Assembly: GCA_964016885.1 (NCBI GenBank)
Contig: OZ024764.1
Location: 19,902,001 to 19,966,000 of the forward strand
DNA: 64,000 nt
Direction: 5' to 3'
Source: Eledone cirrhosa
Lineage: Eukaryota
Shown in pieces: positions 39,001-49,920 of the stretch; the stretch's first letter is position 1, and each line of letters opens with the position of its first letter. A program made the position numbers and the translations under genes. A model generated the notes under the pieces. That model saw nothing but the letters and a program-made list of their open reading frames with translations, ran no database searches and had not been told where the DNA came from.

Positions 39001-40790
39001 AAAAATTTTACATTTTTCGAAATATTTACTAAGGTGTAAAAAAATCAAATTGTCAGAAAATGAATGCGTTTATACATTGATTACGTTTTTTGTATTTTTA
39101 CGTTTTTTGTTAAAAAGTCATATTCTTACATTTTTCGAAATATTTTGATTTTTTTACACCTTAGTAATAAGGTGTAAAAAAATTAAATTATAAATTGATT
39201 TTATTGCATTTTACGATTTACTTCTGCTTTTACTTTTTTTACGTTTTTCTATTAAAAGTCAATCTGGGTTCATAGTCGATTTCTTTGAAGGCACTTTTGA
39301 AGTAAATGATTTCAAAAATGCCTTCAATTTGTAAAAGAAATCAATCTATGAACGCAGATTGACTTTTAACAGAAAAACGTAAAAAAATAAAGGGAAAAGT
39401 AAATCGTAAAATGCAATAAAATTAATTTACAATTTGATTTTTTTACACCTTAGTAAATATTTCGAAAAATGTAAAAATATGACTTTTTAACAAAAAACGT
39501 AAAAATACAAAAAACGTAATTAAACGCATTCACTTTCTGTAAAAGCAGAAGTAAATATTTCGCCAAATTTGTAATCAGAAAGTAAATATTTCGAAAGATT
39601 TCGAAAGTAATCATTTTGTGTTCAAAAATTGATTTCACCGACTGTAAACATTTCGAAATCATTTTCAAAATACTGTGTAAAAAGATCAATTTGTGAAAGA
39701 ATATTGAATCTTCTTTGAGAGACCTAAAATAATCATTTTTTTTATACTTTTAGAAATATTTACTAAGTTTAAATAACCTTAGTAAATATTTCGAAAAGTA
39801 TAAAAAAATTTTACATCTTTTGAAATATTTACTAAGGTGTAAAAAATCAAATTGTTATATTTTTACATTTTTCGAAATATTTACTAAGGTGTAAAAAAAT
39901 CAAATTGTCTGAAAATGAATCCGTTTATACATTGATTACGTTTTTTGTATTTTTACGTTTTTTGTTAAAAAGTCATATTTTTACATTTTTCGAAATATTT
40001 ACTAAATTGTAAATTGATTTTATTGCTTTTACTTTTTCTACGTTTTTCTATTAAAAGTCAATCTGAGTTCATAGACGATTTCTTTGAAGGCATTTTTGAA
40101 GTAAATTATTTTTGAAGTAAATGATTTCAAAAATGCCTTCAATTTGTAAAAGAAATCAATCTATGAACGCAGATTGACAGAAAAACGTAAAAAAAGTAAA
40201 GGGAAAAGTAAATCGTAAAATGCAATAAAATCAATTTACAATTTGATTTTTTTACACCTTAGTAAATATTTCGAAAAATGTAAAAATATGACTTTTTAAC
40301 AAAAAAAGTAAACATACAAAAAACGTAATCAATGTATAAACGCATTCATTTTCTGTAAATATTTCGCCAAATTTGAAATCAGAAAGTAAATATTTCGAAA
40401 GATTTCGAAAGTAATCATTTTGTGTTCAAAAATTGATTTCACCGACTGTAAAAATTTCGAAATCATTTTCGAAATACTGTGTAAAAAGATCAATTTGTGA
40501 AAGAATATTGAATCTCCTTTGAGAGACCTAAAATAATCAATTTTTTTATACTTTTCGAAATATTTACTAAGGTTATATAACCTTAGTAAATATTTCGAAA
40601 AGTATTAAAAAATTTTACATTTTTCGAAATATTTACTGAGGTGTAAAAAATCAAATTGTTATATTTTTACATTTTTCGAAATATTTACTAAGGTGTAAAA
40701 AAATCAAATTGTCTGAAAATGAATCCGTTTATACATTGATTACGTTTTTTGTATTTTTACGTTTTTTGTTAAAAAGTCATATTTTTACAT
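36079..40790 (-). repeat. Satellite B array, inverted block (six ~750-860 bp monomers)
   Basis: The asymmetric marker reads GAATCTTCTTTGAGAGACCTAAAATAATC, the reverse complement of the downstream GATTATTTTAGGTCTCTCAAAGAAGATTC. Palindrome centres lie at about 36596, 37360, 38216, 38969, 39772 and 40576. Marker ORFs are on the minus strand. The right boundary is approximate (40730-40860). Confidence 0.93.
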
Positions 40791-41178
40791 TTTTCGAAAT
40801 ATTTACTAAGGTGTAAAAAAATCAAATTGTAAATTGATTTTATTGCATTTTACGATTTACTTTTCCCTTTATTTTTTTACGTTTTTCTGTTAAAAGTCAA
40901 TCTGCGTTCATAGATTGATTTCTTTTACAAATTGAAGGCATTTTTGAAATCATTTACTTCAAAAATGCCTTCAAAGAAATCGTCTATGAACCCAGATTGA
41001 CTTTTAATAGAAAAACGTAAAAAAAGTAAAAGCAGAAGTAAATCGTAAAATGCAATAAAATCAATTTACAATTTGATTTTTTTACACCTTATCACTAAGG
41101 TGTAAAAAAATCAAAATATTTCGAAAAATGTAAGAATATGACTTTTTAATAAAAAACGTAAAAATACAAAAAACGTAA
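40791..41178 (+). repeat. Satellite B, first forward-oriented partial monomer (interrupted by the Helitron)
   Basis: Shows the forward-type arm (TTTTCCCTTT) and forward-type loop (TTTTGAAATCATTTACTTCAAAAA). It ends ...AAAAAACGTAA at the insertion site. Confidence 0.88.
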
Positions 41179-41607
41179 TCTATATATATAAAACTGTGGT
41201 TGTCTGTATGTCTATCGATTTTTGGCACACATCTCCTCTAAGAATCTCTCACGGAATTGCACCGAAATTGCTATACTTGTACATTGAGACCTAGCTAATA
41301 CATCGGAAAAAAAATATTTCAAATTGACCCACCCTATGTGACGAAATCGAATATAATGTATCGATTTTTGAGCGTAAGTGATCAGTTATTTCCCTTTGTT
41401 CTGTTTACATTGAGCGTCTTACGTAAAAAATTACGCTGGCTTTAACAGTTGTCGAGCCAAGAAAATATTGACCTGCAAAATTCATCAGTTCGAACACTAA
41501 GCTTCCGTTTTGCTTCATTTCCATTTAAAAGCATTTTAAAACAATATTTTTACTTGAAAACAAGTCTATTTAAAGACTACGTAAAACAAGCAAATATTTC
41601 GTCGTTA

Positions 41608-41787
41608 GGCGTGCAGACAGACAGTCGTGCAGACAGACAGTCGTGCAGAGAGGTGATATACGCGTGCAGACAGACAGTCGTGCAGAGAGGTGATATAGGC
41701 GTGCAGACAGACAGTCGTGCAGAGAGGTGATATAGGCGTGCAGACAGACAGTCGTGCAGAGAGGTGATATAGGCGTGCAGACAGACA
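41608..41787 (+). repeat. 37-bp GC-rich minisatellite (GGCGTGCAGACAGACAGTCGTGCAGAGAGGTGATATA), ~4.5 copies
   Basis: Period 37 (GTGCAGACAG at 41701 and 41738). Confidence 0.92.
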
Positions 41788-42109
41788 TAACTGATAATTT
41801 GGTTACGTTAATGTTTTTCTCTGCGTTGCAGTGTTTACATTTTCGATCTTTGTTAATAAATAACCAGTGCAGTTTCTATCCCCAGCATCCTCTTTTGTTA
41901 TAACATTCGGGTTATCGTTATGTTTTCTTAACTTCATAAGGCATATTGTTGGTTGAGGGAATATTAATCAAAATTAAAAGCCTTTAAAACAATATTTTTA
42001 CTTGAAAACAAGTCTATTTAAAGACTACGTAAAACAAGCAAATATTTCGTAAAAAAAAGCAAAAATTATATAAGTTTATTTAAAATATATGTATCTGTAA
42101 ATTTCGTTA

Positions 42110-42210
42110 GGCGTGCAGACAGACAGTCGTGCAGACAGAAGTCGTGCAGAGAGGTGATATAGGCGTGCAGACAGACAGTCGTGCAGAGAGGTGATATAGG
42201 CGTGCAGACA
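42110..42210 (+). repeat. 37-bp minisatellite, second cluster, ~2.5 copies
   Basis: Same unit as 41608-41787, inside the second internal duplication copy. Confidence 0.9.
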
Positions 42211-42487
42211 TAACTGATAATTTGGTTACGCTAATGTTTTTCTCTGCGTTGCAGTGTTTACATTTTCGATCTTTGTTAATAAATAACCAGTGCAGTTTTT
42301 ATCCCCAGCAACCTCTTTTGTTATAACATTCGGGTTATCGTTATGTTTTCTTAACTTCATAAAGCATATTGTTGGTTTAGGGAATATTAATCAAAAACAC
42401 CACATGCAAGTCTGCACAGTAGACATTACAGTTTTTAAGCCAAAAAAGAAACTTAACATTGTAACTTTAACACAGCTACTGAGCGAC

Positions 42488-42503
42488 CCCGAGCAACGCC
42501 GGG
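42488..42503 (+). other. Helitron 3' subterminal hairpin (rolling-circle termination signal)
   Basis: CCCG-A-GC-AAC-GC-CGGG stem-loop, 8 nt upstream of the terminal CTAG, close to the canonical Helitron arrangement. Confidence 0.88.
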
Positions 42504-45500
42504 CTTTACTGCTAGTCAATGTATAAACGCATTAATTTTCTGACAAATTGAATTTTTTACACCTTAGTAAATATTTTAAAAAAGTTAAAAATTTAATAAT
42601 TTGATTTTTTTACACCTTAGTAAATATTTCGAAAAATGTAAAATTTTTTTATACTTTTCGAAATATTTACTAAGGTTAAATAACCTTAGTAAATATTTCG
42701 AAAAGTATAAAAAAATTGATTATTTTAGGTCTCTCAAAGAAGATTCAATATTCCTTCACAAATTGATCTTTTTACACAGTATTTCGAAAATGATTTCGAA
42801 ATTTTTACAGTCGGTGAAATCAATTTTTGAACACAAAATGATTACTTTCGAAATCTTTCGAAATATTTACTTTCTGATTTCAAATTTTGCGAAATATTTA
42901 CAGAAAATGAATGCGTTTATACATTGATTACGTTTTTTGTATTTTTACGTTTTTTGTTAAAAAGTCATATTTTTACATTTTTCGAAATAAGGTGTAAAAA
43001 AATCAAATTGTAAATTGATTTTATTGCATTTTACGATTTACTTTTCCCTTTACTTATTTTACGTTTTCTGTCAATCTGCGTTCATAGATTGATTTCTTTT
43101 ACAAATTGAAGGCATGTTTGAAATCATTTACTTCAAAAATGCCTTCAAAGAAATCGTCTATGAACGCAGATTGACTTTTAATAGAAAAACGTAGAAAAAG
43201 TAAAAGCAATGTAATCAATTTACAATTTGAATGTTTTACACCTTAGTAAATATTTCGAAAAATGTAAAAATATGACTTTTTAACAAAAAACGTAAAAATA
43301 CAAAAAACGTAATCAATGTATAAACGGATTCATTTTCAGACAATTTGATTTTTTTAGACCTTAGTAAATATTTCGAAAAATGTAAAATTTTTTTTATACT
43401 TCTCGAAATATTTAGTAAGGTTATATAACCTTAGTAAATATTTCGAAAAGTATAAAAAAATTGATTATTTTAGGTCTCTCAAAGAAGATTCAATATTCTT
43501 TCACAAATTGATCTTTTTACACAGTATTTCGAAAATGATTTCGAAATTTTTACAGTCGTTGAAATCAATTTTTGAACACAAAATGATTACTTTCGAAATC
43601 TTTCGAAATATTTACTTTCTGATTTCAAATTTGGCGAAATATTTACAGAAAATGAATGCGTTTATACATTGATTACGTTTTTTTGTATTTTTACGTTTTT
43701 TGTTAAAAAGTCATATTTTTACATTTTTCGAAATATTTACTATGGTGTAAAAAAATGAAGTTGTAAATTGATTTTATTGCATTTTACGATTTACTTTTCC
43801 CTTTACTTTTTTTTACGTTTTTCTGTCAATCTGCGTTCATAGATTGATTTCTTTTACAAATTGAAGGCATTTTTGAAATCATTTACTTAAAAAATCATTT
43901 ACTTCAAAAATGCCTTCAAAGAAATCGTCTATGAACGCAGATTGACTTTTAATAGAAAAACGTAAAAAAAGTAAAAGCAATAAAATCAATTTACAATTTA
44001 ACGTAAAAATACAAAAAACTTAATTAATGTATAAACGGATTCATTTTCAGACAATTTGATTTTTTTACATCTTAATAAATATTTCGAAAAATGTAAAAAT
44101 ATAACAATTTGATTTTTTTACACCTTAGTAAATATTTCGAAAAATGTAAAATTTTTTTATACTTTTCGAAATATTTACTAAGGTTATATAACCTTAGTAA
44201 ATATTTCGAAAAGTATAAAAAAATTGATTATTTTAGGTCTCTCAAAGAAGATTCAATATTCTTTCACAAATTGATCTTTTTACACAGTATTTCGAAAATG
44301 ATTTCGAAATTTTTACAGTCGGTGAAATCAATTTTTGAACACAAAATGATTACTTTGGAAATCTTTCGAAATATTTACTTTCTGATTTCAAATTTGGCGA
44401 AATATTTACAGAAAATGAATGTTTTTATACATTGATTACGTTTTTTGTATTTTTACGTTTTTTGTTAAAAAGTCATATTTTTACATTTTTCGAAATATTT
44501 ACTAAGGTGTAAAAAAATCAAATTGTAAATTGATTTTATTGCATTTTACGATTTACTTTTCCCTTTATTTTTTTACGTTTTTCTGTTAAAAGTCAATCTG
44601 CGTTCATAGATTGATTTCTTTTACAAATTGAAGGCATTTTTGAAATCATTTACTTCAAAAATCATTTACTTCAAAAATGCCTTCAAAGAAATCGTCTATG
44701 AACGAAGATTGACTTTTAATAGAAAAACGTAAAAAAAGTAAAAGCAATAAAATCAATTTACAATTTGAATGTTTTACACATAAGTAAATATTTCGAAAAA
44801 TGTAAAAATATGACTTTTTAACAAAAAACGTAAAAATACAAAAAACGTAAAATACAAAAAACGTAATCAATGTATAAACGGATTCATTTTCAGACAATTT
44901 GATTTTTTTACACCTTAGTAAATATTTCGAAAAATGTAAAAATATAACAATTTGATTTTTTTACACCTTAGTAAATATTTCGAAAAATGTAAAATTTTTT
45001 TATACTTTTCGAAATATTTACTAAGGTTATATAACCTTAGTAAATATTTCGAAAAGTATAAAAAAAATTGATTATTTTAGGTCTCTCAAAGAAGATTCAA
45101 TATTCCTTCACAAATTGATCTTTTTACACAGTATTTCGAAAATGATTTCGAAATTTTTACAGTCGGTGAAATCAATTTTTGAACACAAAATGATTACTTT
45201 CGAAATCTTTCGAAATATTTACCTTCTGATTTCAAATTTGACGAAATATTTACTTCTGCTTTTACAGAAAATGAATGCGTTTTATTATGTTTTTTGTATT
45301 TTTACGTTTTTTTGTTAAAAAGTCATATTTTTACATTTTTCGAAATATTTACTAAGGTGTAAAAAAAATCAAATTGTAAATTGATTTTATTGCATTTTAC
45401 GATTTACTTTTTCCTTTATTTTTTTACGTTTTTCTGTTAAAAGTCAATCTGCGTTCATAGATTGATTTCTTTTACAAATTGAAGGCATTTTTGAAATCAT

Positions 45501-48500
45501 TTACTTCAAAAATGCCCTCAAAGAAATCGTCTATGAACCCAGATTGACTTTTAATAGAAAAACGTAAAAAAAGTAAAAGCAGAAGTAAATCGTAAAAAGA
45601 AATAAAATCAATTTACAATTTGATTTTTTTACACCTTATTACTAAGGCGTAAAAAAATCAAAATATTTCGAAAAATGTAATGACATTTTAACAAAAAACT
45701 TAAAAATACAAAAAACGTAATCAATGTATAAACGCATTCATTTTCTGACAATTTGATTTTTTTTACACCTTAGTAAATATTTCGAAAAATGTAAAAATAT
45801 AACAATTTGATTTTTTTACACCTCAGTAAATATTTCGAAAACTAAAATTTTTTTATACTTTTCGAAATATTTACTAACCTTAGTAAATATTTCGAAAAGT
45901 ATAAAAAAATTGATTATTTTAGGGCTTTCAAAAAAGATTCAATATTCCTTCACAAATTGATCTTTTTACACAGTATTTTGACAATGATTTCGAAATTTTT
46001 ACAGTCGGTGAAATCAATTTTTGAACACAAAATGATTACATTCGAAATCTTTCGAAATATTTACTTTCTGATTTCAAATTTTGCGAAATATTTACAGAAA
46101 ATGAATGCATTTATACATTGATTACGTTTTTTGTATTTTTACGTTTTTTGTTAAAAAGTCATATTTTTACATTTTTCGAAATAAGGTGTAAAAAAACCAA
46201 ATCGTAAATTGATTTTATTGCATTTTACGATTTACTTTTCCCTTTACTTTTTTTACGTTTTTCTGTCAATCTGCGTTCATAGATTGATTTCTTTTACAAA
46301 TTGAAGGCATTTTTGAAATCATTTACTTCAAAAATCATTTACTTCAAAAATGCCTTGAAAGAAATCGTCTATGAACGCAGATTGACTTTTAATAGAAAAA
46401 CGTAAAAAAAGTAAAAGCAATAAAATCAATTTACAATTTGAATGTTTTACACCTTAGTAAATATTTCGAAAAATGTAAAAATATGACTTTTTAACAAAAA
46501 ACGTAAAAATACAAAAAACGTAATCAATGTATAAACGGATTCATTTTCAGACAATTTGATTTTTTTCGAAAAATGTAAAAAATAACAATTTGATTTTTTT
46601 ACACCTTAGTAAATATTTCGAAAAATGTAAAATTTTTTTATACTTTTCGAAATATTTACTAAGGTCATATAACCTTAGTAAATATTTCGAAAAGTATGAC
46701 AAAATTGATTATTTTAGGTCTCTCAAAGAAGATTCAATATTCTTTCACAAATTGATCTTTTTACATAGTATTTCGAAAATGATTTCGAAATTTTTACAGT
46801 CGGTGAAATCAATTTTTGAACACAAAATGATTACTTTCTGATTTCAAATTTGGCGAAATATTTACAGAAAATGAATGCGTTTATACATTGATTACGTTTT
46901 TTGTATTTCTACGTTTATTGTTAAAAAGTCATATTTTTACACTTTTCGAAATATTTACTAAGGTGTAAAAAAATCAAATTGTAAATTGATTTTATTGCAT
47001 TTTACGATTTACTTTTCCCTTTACTTTTTTTACGTTTTTCTGTCAATCTGCGTTCATAGATTGATTTCTTTTACAAATTGAAGGCAGTTTTGAAATCATT
47101 TACTTCAAAAATCATTTACTTCAAAAATGCCTTCAAAGAAATCGTCTATGAACGCAGATTGACTTTTATTAGAAATACGTAAAAAAGGTAAAAGCAATAA
47201 AATCAATTTACAATTTGAATGTTTTACACCTTAGTAAATATTTCGAAAAATGTAAAAATATGACTTTTTAACAAAAAACGTAAAAATACAAAAAACGTAA
47301 TCAATGTATAAACGGATTCATTTTCAGACAATTTGATTTTTTTACACCTTAGTAAATATTTCGAAAAATGTAAAAATATAACAATTTGATTTTTTTACAC
47401 CTTAGTAAATATTTCGAAAAATGTAAAATTTTTTTATACTTTTCGAAATATTTACTAAGGTTATATAACCTTAATAAATATTTCGAAAAGTATAAAAAAA
47501 TTGATTATTTTAGGTCTCTCAAAGAAGATTCAATATTCTTTCACAAATTGATCTTTTTACACAGTATTTCGAAAATGATTTCGAAATTTTTACAGTCGGT
47601 GAAATCAATTTTTGAACACAAAATGATTACTTTCGAAATCTTTCGAAATATTTACTTTCTGATTTCAAATTTTGCGAAATATTTACAGAAAATGAATGCA
47701 TTTATACATTGATTACGTTTTTTGTATTTTTACGTTTTTTGTTAAAAAGTCATATTTTTACATTTTTCGAAATAAGGTGTAAAAAAACCAAATCGTAAAT
47801 TGATTTTATTGCATTTTACGATTTACTTTTCCCTTTACTTTTTTTACGTTTTTCTGTCAATCTGCGTTCATAGATTGATTTCTTTTACAAATTGAAGGCA
47901 TTTTTGAAATCATTTACTTCAAAAATCATTTACTTCAAAAATGCCTTGAAAGAAATCGTCTATGAACGCAGATTGACTTTTAATAGAAAAACGTAAAAAA
48001 AGTAAAAGCAATAAAATCAATTTACAATTTGAATGTTTTACACCTTAGTAAATATTTCGAAAAATGTAAAAATATGACTTTTTAACAAAAAACGTAAAAA
48101 TACAAAAAACGTAATCAATGTATAAACGGATTCATTTTCAGACAATTTGATTTTTTTCGAAAAATGTAAAAAATAACAATTTGATTTTTTTACACCTTAG
48201 TAAATATTTCGAAAAATGTAAAATTTTTTTATACTTTTCGAAATATTTACTAAGGTCATATAACCTTAGTAAATATTTCGAAAAGTATGACAAAATTGAT
48301 TATTTTAGGTCTCTCAAAGAAGATTCAATATTCTTTCACAAATTGATCTTTTTACACAGTATTTCGAAAATGATTTCGAAATTTTTACAGTCGGTGAAAT
48401 CAATTTTTGAACACAAAATGATTACTTTCTGATTTCAAATTTGGCGAAATATTTACAGAAAATGAATGCGTTTATACATTGATTACGTTTTTTGTATTTC

Positions 48501-49278
48501 TACGTTTATTGTTAAAAAGTCATATTTTTACACTTTTCGAAATATTTACTAAGGTGTAAAAAAATCAAATTGTAAATTGATTTTATTGCATTTTACGATT
48601 TACTTTTCCCTTTACTTTTTTTACGTTTTTCTGTCAATCTGCGTTCATAGATTGATTTCTTTTACAAATTGAAGGCAGTTTTGAAATCATTTACTTCAAA
48701 AATCATTTACTTCAAAAATGCCTTCAAAGAAATCGTCTATGAACGCAGATTGACTTTTATTAGAAATACGTAAAAAAGGTAAAAGCAATAAAATCAATTT
48801 ACAATTTGAATGTTTTACACCTTAGTAAATATTTCGAAAAATGTAAAAATATGACTTTTTAACAAAAAACGTAAAAATACAAAAAACGTAATCAATGTAT
48901 AAACGGATTCATTTTCAGACAATTTGATTTTTTTACACCTTAGTAAATATTTCGAAAAATGTAAAAATATAACAATTTGATTTTTTTACACCTTAGTAAA
49001 TATTTCGAAAAATGTAAAATTTTTTTATACTTTTCGAAATATTTACTAAGGTTATATAACCTTAATAAATATTTCGAAAAGTATAAAAAAATTGATTATT
49101 TTAGGTCTCTCAAAGAAGATTCAATATTCTTTCACAAATTGATCTTTTTACACAGTATTTCGAAAATGATTTCGAAATTTTTACAGTCGGTGAAATCAAT
49201 TTTTGAACACAAAATGATTACTTTCGAAATCTTTCGAAATATTTACTTTCTGATTTCAAATTTGGCGAAATATTTACA

Positions 49279-49743
49279 GAAAATGAATGTTTTTATACAT
49301 TGATTACGTTTTTTGTATTTTTACGTTTTTTGTTAAAAAGTCATATTTTTACATTTTTGGAAATATTTACTAAGGTGTAAAAGAATCAAATTGTAAATTG
49401 ATTTTATTGCATTTTACGATTTACTTTTCCCTTTATTTTTTTACGTTTTTCTGTTAAAAGTCAATCTGCGTTCATAGATTGATTTCTTTTACAAATTGAA
49501 GGCATTTTTGAAATCATTTACTTCAAAAATCATTTACTTCAAAAATGCCTTCAAAGAAATCGTCTATGAACGAAGATTGACTTTTAATAGAAAAACGTAA
49601 AAAAAGTAAAAGCAATTAAATCAATTTACAATTTGAATGTTTTACACATAAGTAAATATTTCGAAAAATGTAAAAATATGACTTTTTAACAAAAAACGTA
49701 AAAATACAAAAAACGTAATCAATGTATAAACGGATTCATTTTC
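49279..49743. repeat. Representative ~465-bp imperfect fold-back (long inverted repeat), one per satellite B monomer
   Basis: The left arm GAAAATGAATG..TATACATTGATTACG...AAGTCAATCTGCGTTCATAGA..GAAGGCATTTTTGAA is mirrored by TTCAAAAATGCCTTC..TCTATGAACG.AGATTGACTT...CGTAATCAATGTATA..ATTCATTTTC. The loop is a short ATCATTTAC motif in 1-2 copies. Confidence 0.92.
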
Positions 49744-49844
49744 AGACAATTTGATTTTTTTACACCTTAGTAAATATTTCGAAAAATGTAAAAATATAAC
49801 AATTTGATTTTTTTACACCTTAGTAAATATTTCGAAAAATGTAA

Positions 49845-49920
49845 AATTTTTTTATACTTTTCGAAATATTTACTAAGGTTATATAACCTTAGTAAATATT
49901 TCGAAAAGTATAAAAAAATT
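49845..49920. repeat. Representative 76-bp perfect spacer-less palindrome, one per satellite B monomer
   Basis: AATTTTTTTATACTTTTCGAAATATTTACTAAGGTTAT|ATAACCTTAGTAAATATTTCGAAAAGTATAAAAAAATT has 38-bp arms, centred at 49882/49883. Confidence 0.95.

Larger units (their letters stand above)
41525..42395 (+). repeat. Tandem duplication (~449 + ~422 bp) inside the Helitron
   Basis: TTAAAAGC..TTTAAAACAATATTTTTACTTGAAAACAAGTC starts at 41525 and 41974, and both copies end GGGAATATTAATCAAAA. Copy 2 has ~54 extra bp (42051-42104) and fewer minisatellite units. Confidence 0.9.
41179..42515 (+). mobile_element. Non-autonomous Helitron (rolling-circle transposon), 1337 bp
   Basis: The 5' end is TCTATATATATAAAAC and the 3' end is CTAG (42512-42515), preceded by a GC-rich hairpin at 42488-42503. 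It is inserted between A (41178) and T (42516) with no target-site duplication. Removing it restores the satellite sequence AAAAAACGTAA|TCAATGTATAAACGC seen in neighbouring monomers. No Rep/helicase ORF is present. Confidence 0.93.

Noticed and set aside
41608-41787. 37-bp repeat as a CRISPR array
   Set aside because: Units are directly adjacent with no unique spacers, there are no cas genes, and the repeat lies inside a Helitron.
41449-42526. ORFs in the insertion (93, 72 and 78 aa) as a transposase or captured gene
   Set aside because: They are short, two run through the minisatellite, one crosses the element's 3' end, and none shows HUH/Y2 Rep or PIF1 helicase motifs.
49845-49920. Palindromes as bacterial rho-independent terminators or phage/plasmid hairpin telomere (protelomerase) sites
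   Set aside because: The stems are AT-rich, tandemly repeated 30+ times, and have no adjacent genes or resolvase. The context (satellites, Helitron) is eukaryotic.
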